Shown one piece after another: positions 59,832-64,000 of a DNA stretch of 64,000 nucleotides (position 1 is the stretch's first letter; every line of letters starts with the position of its first letter). The stretch spans positions 44,766-108,765 of the forward strand of contig CAWFBR010000004.1 of the NCBI GenBank assembly GCA_963814125.1, written 5' to 3'. Made by a program: the position numbers and the translations under genes. The stretch is from an uncultured Chloroflexia bacterium (GTDB lineage: Bacteria; Chloroflexota; Limnocylindria; Limnocylindrales; CSP1-4). The notes below the pieces were generated by a model, which was given only the letters and a program-made list of their open reading frames with translations, did not search any database and had not been told where the DNA came from.

Positions 59832-60623
59832 CTAGCCGCGGGTCTCGAGCGCCCCGTGCAACTCCAGGGCGTGCTCGCGCAGCCAGCGCCGCCAGCGCCG
59901 GTGGTCCGGCCGTCGGCTCGCGACCAGCTCCCAGAACTCTGGACCGTGACCGAAAACCCGAAGATGCGCCAGTTCATGGACGACAACCGTCTCCAGCGCC
60001 TCGGGCGGCGCCAGGATGAGACGCCACGAGAACGACAGGCGCCGAGCCCGTGAGCAACTCCCCCATCGAGTGCGTGTGTCCCGGACCGTCACGGCGGCCG
60101 GCGAAACGCCCAGAGCCGCAGCGTGGCGATCGATCTCGAGATGGATCACGGATCTTGCGCGAACACGGAGCCAGGCCTCCAGGATCGACGCCAGGTCCCG
60201 GCGCTCTCCCGTCCCAATCAAGACAACCAGCTCGTCGCCGGCGTCCGCGCCCTCGCGACTGACGGTCGTTCGCCGCCGTGCGGTCCCGCCGACCACGATT
60301 CGAAGGCGATGCGGCTCTCCGCGGAACCGAAACAGACCGCCATCGCCGAGGGGTCCCAGTTCAGCCAGCCTCTCGGCCTGGATAGCCTGCCTCTTCAGGT
60401 GTCGCCTCAGCCATGATTCGCGCTCTGCCACGAACAATTCGGCGAGGCGCTCGGCGTCGCCTTTCGTGCGGGCCGCCCGCGCCGGGATCGTGACGACGGC
60501 CGTGTGACGTGGGTCCACGGTGAGCCGCAAGTGCCGCGCCCGAGCCGAGCGCCGGATCGTGCATTCGAGGCGGCCGCCCGGCAGCCTGAGTGGGGCGCGC
60601 CATTCGGTCGTCGTCGTCGCCAT
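59832..60623 (-). CDS. M48-family/YgjP-like (DUF45) metal-dependent hydrolase
   Basis: ATG 60623. RWGSCS..LSFSWRLILAP..VVVHELAHLRVFGHGPEFW (HExxH). Confidence 0.8.
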   Translation of the reverse strand: MATTTTEWRAPLRLPGGRLECTIRRSARARHLRLTVDPRHTAVVTIPARAARTKGDAERLAELFVAERESWLRRHLKRQAIQAERLAELGPLGDGGLFRFRGEPHRLRIVVGGTARRRTTVSREGADAGDELVVLIGTGERRDLASILEAWLRVRARSVIHLEIDRHAAALGVSPAAVTVRDTRTRWGSCSRARRLSFSWRLILAPPEALETVVVHELAHLRVFGHGPEFWELVASRRPDHRRWRRWLREHALELHGALETRG

Positions 60624-60692
60624 CGTCTGGAAGCGTACCGCCAACCGCACGGAGACGATGTCCACATGCTCAGCCGCTAGCCCCCCATGTGG

Positions 60693-61382
60693 TCAATGCG
60701 GGTAGGTGTAGGTCGCCGTCAGTGTGGTCTTGCCCAGGATCGTTCCCCGCATAGCTGCCCGTGCGTCATCGACGCTCGCAAGCTTGTCGAGTGCGATGGT
60801 CCCCGACAGCGCGTAGAGAGTGAAGACGTAGCGATGCGTGCCGCTGGGTGGACACGGACCACCGTACGCGCTCTCGCCAAAGCCGTTCATGGCCTGCCCC
60901 GCAACTCCCGACAGTACGACGCCCTCGGCCAGATCCGTCGTGCCCGGATCGATGTTGTAGACAACCCAATGGACGAAGCCAGCCGCATCTGGATCGTCCA
61001 CGATCAGCGCGAAAGACTTCGTGCCCACCGGCGCGCCTGTCCAGTGGAGTGCGGGCGAGACATCATCGCCGTTGCACGAATACTTCTCCGGGATCGTGCC
61101 GTCCGTGCCGAAGCTCGGGCTGGTGAGCACGAAGCCGGGCATGTCGGCGGTCGGATCTGCCACGGCAACGTTCGGTGTGGGCGTCACCACGGGTTCAGCG
61201 CTCGGGACTGCAGTGACGCCTGGCGTTGCCGTCGCCACGGGCGACGCCGTTGGTGACGGCGTCGCCCCACTCGACGAGCAAGCAGCGGCTGCGAAGACGA
61301 GGGACAGCGCCAGGACCCACCTGGTTCGAGTTCTGACCGCGATCAACTCACTCCTCCTGTTCCCAATGTGTTCGGAACGCAT
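60693..61382 (-). CDS. YbhB/YbcL family PEBP (Raf kinase inhibitor-like) lipoprotein
   Basis: ATG 61382. Lipobox VFAAAAC, Thr/Pro linker, LIVDDPDA..FVHWVVYNI, GGPCPPSGTHRYVFTLYAL. Confidence 0.85.
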   Translation of the reverse strand: MRSEHIGNRRSELIAVRTRTRWVLALSLVFAAAACSSSGATPSPTASPVATATPGVTAVPSAEPVVTPTPNVAVADPTADMPGFVLTSPSFGTDGTIPEKYSCNGDDVSPALHWTGAPVGTKSFALIVDDPDAAGFVHWVVYNIDPGTTDLAEGVVLSGVAGQAMNGFGESAYGGPCPPSGTHRYVFTLYALSGTIALDKLASVDDARAAMRGTILGKTTLTATYTYPH

Positions 61383-61426
61383 GGACCGTGGACCTGCTCC
61401 TACTAGCCCTCTCGAGCCAGGTACTC

Positions 61427-61879
61427 TCAGACAAGCCACTTCCCGTCGCGCATGACGTCGCGCTGCGGCTGCTCACCGTATCCCCGATAGGCCTGGATGC
61501 GGACCGGCCGCAGACGGAAGAACTTCCAATCAGGGCCTTCGTCGCCTGGATTCCAGCCGGCACCCGCCTCGAAGCCCGCGGCGAGCGCCGGATCGGCGGT
61601 CGCAACTGACACGCTCTCGAGGATCTCCACGTCGACCATGGTGGCGTCGTCCTGCGAGCCGAACGCAAGCCTGGCCACGCTGGTTTCGTCGAGATTGCGT
61701 GCGGTTCGGCTCCCGCCGGTGGTGGCTATCACCAGCAGTCCGCCGTCCCACCAGGTCGAAACGGCGATCAGGTGCGGCCTTCCGGATCGATCTGCGGTGG
61801 CAAGCCAGGCGTCGCCGTTCCGTTCCAGGGCGACCAGGACGTCGGCCTTACGCTCTTCAGTACCCCTGAGTTCGGCCAC
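61427..61879 (-). CDS. Pyridoxamine 5'-phosphate oxidase (PNPOx-like) family protein
   Basis: 150 aa, GTG start with GAGG. LATADRSGRPHLIAVSTWWDGGLLVIATTGGSRTARNL split-barrel pattern. Confidence 0.7.
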   Translation of the reverse strand: MAELRGTEERKADVLVALERNGDAWLATADRSGRPHLIAVSTWWDGGLLVIATTGGSRTARNLDETSVARLAFGSQDDATMVDVEILESVSVATADPALAAGFEAGAGWNPGDEGPDWKFFRLRPVRIQAYRGYGEQPQRDVMRDGKWLV

Positions 61880-62087
61880 GGGATCGACCTCGTTGGCGTG
61901 ACAGCACCGCGACGACCACGGTGAGCGAGCGGATCCACAGCGCGATCGCGCGTGACGCGGAGCCCGACGAGACTGCTCGCGGCCTTTCGCGGCTGGGCAG
62001 GCTGGCCGCGAGGCGCTCCTCCTGCGCTTCGTCGAGGAGTTGCTGCTGACGCAATCTCACCAGTTGTAGCTGGAGATCTGGGTTCAT
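61857..62087 (-). CDS. Hypothetical small protein (76 aa) with one hydrophobic helix
   Basis: ATG 62087 with AGGAG 6 nt upstream. MNPDLQLQLVRLRQQQLLDEAQEERLA..AIALWIRSLTVVVAVL. Overlaps the PNPOx-like gene start by 23 nt and is divergent from the MocR gene. Confidence 0.5.
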   Translation of the reverse strand: MNPDLQLQLVRLRQQQLLDEAQEERLAASLPSRERPRAVSSGSASRAIALWIRSLTVVVAVLSRQRGRSRGRTQGY

Positions 62088-62168
62088 ATGTGGCTCCTGT
62101 TTCGTCCTGTGTGTCGTTCTTGCTGCTCCATCCTCCTCTGAAGCGGTAGTCTGGTAAGGTCCAGTTCC

Positions 62169-63581
62169 ATGGCAACAAAGAGGACCACTTCAACGCCGGG
62201 CCTGATCATCGAACTTCGCTTCGACGGCCGCGCAACGCCGGTCCACAGCCAGATCGAGCACGGCATCAGGGGAGCGATCAGGTCGGGCCGGCTCCCGGCC
62301 GCCGCACCGCTGCCATCAAGCCGCGCGCTCGCGGACCAGCTGGGAATCTCGCGCGGCGTCGTCGTGGAAGCCTACGAGCAGCTCATCGCCGAGGGCTATC
62401 TCACGAGCCGGCGAGGCTCGGCCACGCGCGTCAGCCGCCGCGCCGCCGAGACAGTCACGGCTGCCGTTCAGCCTGATCGCGAACAGGACTTCCGTGTCGA
62501 CTTCGCATATGGGCGGCCAGACGTGACGCTGTTCCCACGGTCACAGTGGCTCCATTCGCTTCGGCGCGTCCTCGGCGAGGCGCCGAGCGAGCGGTTGAGC
62601 TACCTGGCCCCGGTGGGCGCGCCGGAGCTGCGAGAAGCTCTGGCGGTCTATCTCAACCGTGTCCGCGGCACGATCGCGAGCCCCGACCGCATCGTCATCT
62701 GCAGCGGCTACCAGCAGGCCTTGAACCTATTCGCCGAAGTCCTCGCGGCGAACGGTGTTCACACCGTGGCAACCGAGGATCCGGGCTATCACATTGCGTC
62801 GGCGGCCGCGCGTGCCGGGCTGCGAGTAGCTCCGGTGCCAGTGGATGAAGAAGGGATCGACGTAGCGGCGCTGGGCCGGACCTCCGCGGAAGCGGTCGTT
62901 GTCACTCCGGCACACCACTTCCCTACCGGGGCTGTTCTGTCCGCGGGGCGCCGGATGGAACTCGTGGATTGGGCCAGGCAGGGTCGACGCTTCGTGATCG
63001 AGGACGACTACGACGCGGAGTACCGCTACGATCGAGCCCCTGTCGGTGCCCTGCAGGGGCTCGCGCCCGAGCGAATCCTCTACGCCGGAACGGCGAGCAA
63101 GACGCTCGCTCCGGGGTTGCGGCTCGGCTGGGTCGTCGGGCCGGCCGACTTCGTGAGACAAGTCGCTGCGGCCAAGTTCGACCGCGACGGCGGCTCCGCC
63201 GGCCTGGAACAGCTGGCCTTCGCCGACTTCCTGTCGCGCGGCGACTTCGACCGCCACCTGCGCCACATGAGAGCGATATACGGCTCCCGGCGGGCTGCGC
63301 TGCTGGAGTCGCTGCAACGGTACGCGCCGGAGTTGCGGCCGGTCGGGGCTTCGGCTGGCTTGCATCTCCTCGCCTGGCTGCCCGAGAGCGTTGACGAAAA
63401 GGTCGTGACCGATCGGGCCGGGACGCTTGGTGTGCGGATCGAGTCGGTCGGCAGGTACCGCATAGACACGCATGGGTCGGGAGGCCTGCTCTTCGGTTAC
63501 GGAACGCTCACCGAGGCCCAGATCGTAGCTGGCGTCCGGGTCATCGGCGACGTCGTGCGGAAAGCGAAACGCCTCCGGTGA
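62169..63581 (+). CDS. MocR/GabR-type transcriptional regulator (GntR wHTH + class I aminotransferase-like PLP domain)
   Basis: 470 aa. LPSSRALADQLGISRGVVVEAYEQLIAEGYL; aminotransferase-fold region with YAGTASKTLAPGLRLGW (PLP Lys). Confidence 0.9.
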   Translation: MATKRTTSTPGLIIELRFDGRATPVHSQIEHGIRGAIRSGRLPAAAPLPSSRALADQLGISRGVVVEAYEQLIAEGYLTSRRGSATRVSRRAAETVTAAVQPDREQDFRVDFAYGRPDVTLFPRSQWLHSLRRVLGEAPSERLSYLAPVGAPELREALAVYLNRVRGTIASPDRIVICSGYQQALNLFAEVLAANGVHTVATEDPGYHIASAAARAGLRVAPVPVDEEGIDVAALGRTSAEAVVVTPAHHFPTGAVLSAGRRMELVDWARQGRRFVIEDDYDAEYRYDRAPVGALQGLAPERILYAGTASKTLAPGLRLGWVVGPADFVRQVAAAKFDRDGGSAGLEQLAFADFLSRGDFDRHLRHMRAIYGSRRAALLESLQRYAPELRPVGASAGLHLLAWLPESVDEKVVTDRAGTLGVRIESVGRYRIDTHGSGGLLFGYGTLTEAQIVAGVRVIGDVVRKAKRLR

Positions 63582-63751
63582 TCCTCGGCGACAGGTCGGC
63601 CGCGCGACAGCTGGATCGAGGTCAAGACCGGCGAGACCCAGCCCCTGTCCGCCCCACCAGGCGCACCCGACCCGGTTGTTGACCGGTCTTCGGTGCCGTC
63701 GTGGTGGGCAAGGCGGAAGATGGCCCCAACCGCAGGTCCCCTGGTTGAAGC

Positions 63752-64000
63752 ATGGAAAAATCCCGAAACCCAATCGAAGACCGGACCCGATTCGGTCGCC
63801 CCTATTTGAAGGTCGGCATCGTGGTCGCGCTGGCAGCGCTGGTGGTAGGAGCGGGGTACTTCGGGCCGCACCCGGCGAGCTCGCGAAAGAGCACGCCGCC
63901 CCCGTCGTTAGTTGCCGCTGCCAGGGCCACGGCCACATCTTCCGCGTCGGCCACCGGCTCGACTTCCGCGTCAAACACCGTCAAAGGCCTTCGGCGGTTC
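63752..64000 (+). CDS. Hypothetical signal-anchored protein, 5' fragment running off the window end
   Basis: Own translation from ATG 63752: MEKSRNPIEDRTRFGRPYLKVGIVVALAALVVGAGYFGPHPASSRKSTPPPS... Open to position 64000, so absent from the ORF track. Weak SD. Confidence 0.35.
   Translation, partial: MEKSRNPIEDRTRFGRPYLKVGIVVALAALVVGAGYFGPHPASSRKSTPPPSLVAAARATATSSASATGSTSASNTVKGLRRF

Noticed and set aside
62727-63974. 415-aa minus-strand ORF
   Set aside because: It is antisense to the MocR regulator and has junk composition. The only plausible gene at the far end is the plus-strand fragment from 63752.

Overview
GC-rich bacterial chromosomal segment with strong GC3 bias and many long antisense shadow ORFs. 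No rRNA, CRISPR array, transposase, integrase or prophage gene was recognised. The minus-strand backbone follows a Firmicute-type order (lepA-hemW-hrcA-grpE-dnaK ... dnaJ-prmA ... mtaB ... rpsU-yqeY-pgpH) in a high-GC lineage; I cannot place the phylum from sequence alone (Chloroflexota-, Actinomycetota- and Dormibacterota-like are all possible). Lineage-specific insertions interrupt this backbone: an ABC-2 exporter operon, a Zn-ribbon membrane protein, and an ECF sigma gene with a Kelch-propeller anti-sigma candidate. Other blocks: rpsT with a histone-H1-like tail; an ApbE / di-haem ferric-reductase-like / 7Fe-ferredoxin / two-component cluster; glucokinase-gap-pgk-eno; a large lamin-tail/OB-repeat surface protein; a LexA-box-preceded imuA'-imuB-dnaE2 mutagenesis cassette; tRNA-Ala(CGC); a PAS hybrid kinase coupled to a REC-EAL phosphodiesterase; cysE-cysK; and a MocR regulator. 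Best leads: (1) imuB appears split from its C-terminal domain, and dnaE2 (1614 aa) carries a roughly 315-aa proline-rich insertion. (2) A candidate leaderless 18-codon Cys-containing sORF plus intrinsic terminator lies upstream of cysE-cysK. (3) bS20 is fused to an Ala/Lys/Pro tail of about 150 aa. (4) The ApbE-centred redox cluster has no recognisable flavinylation substrate. All function calls rest on motif recognition by eye; no database search was run.
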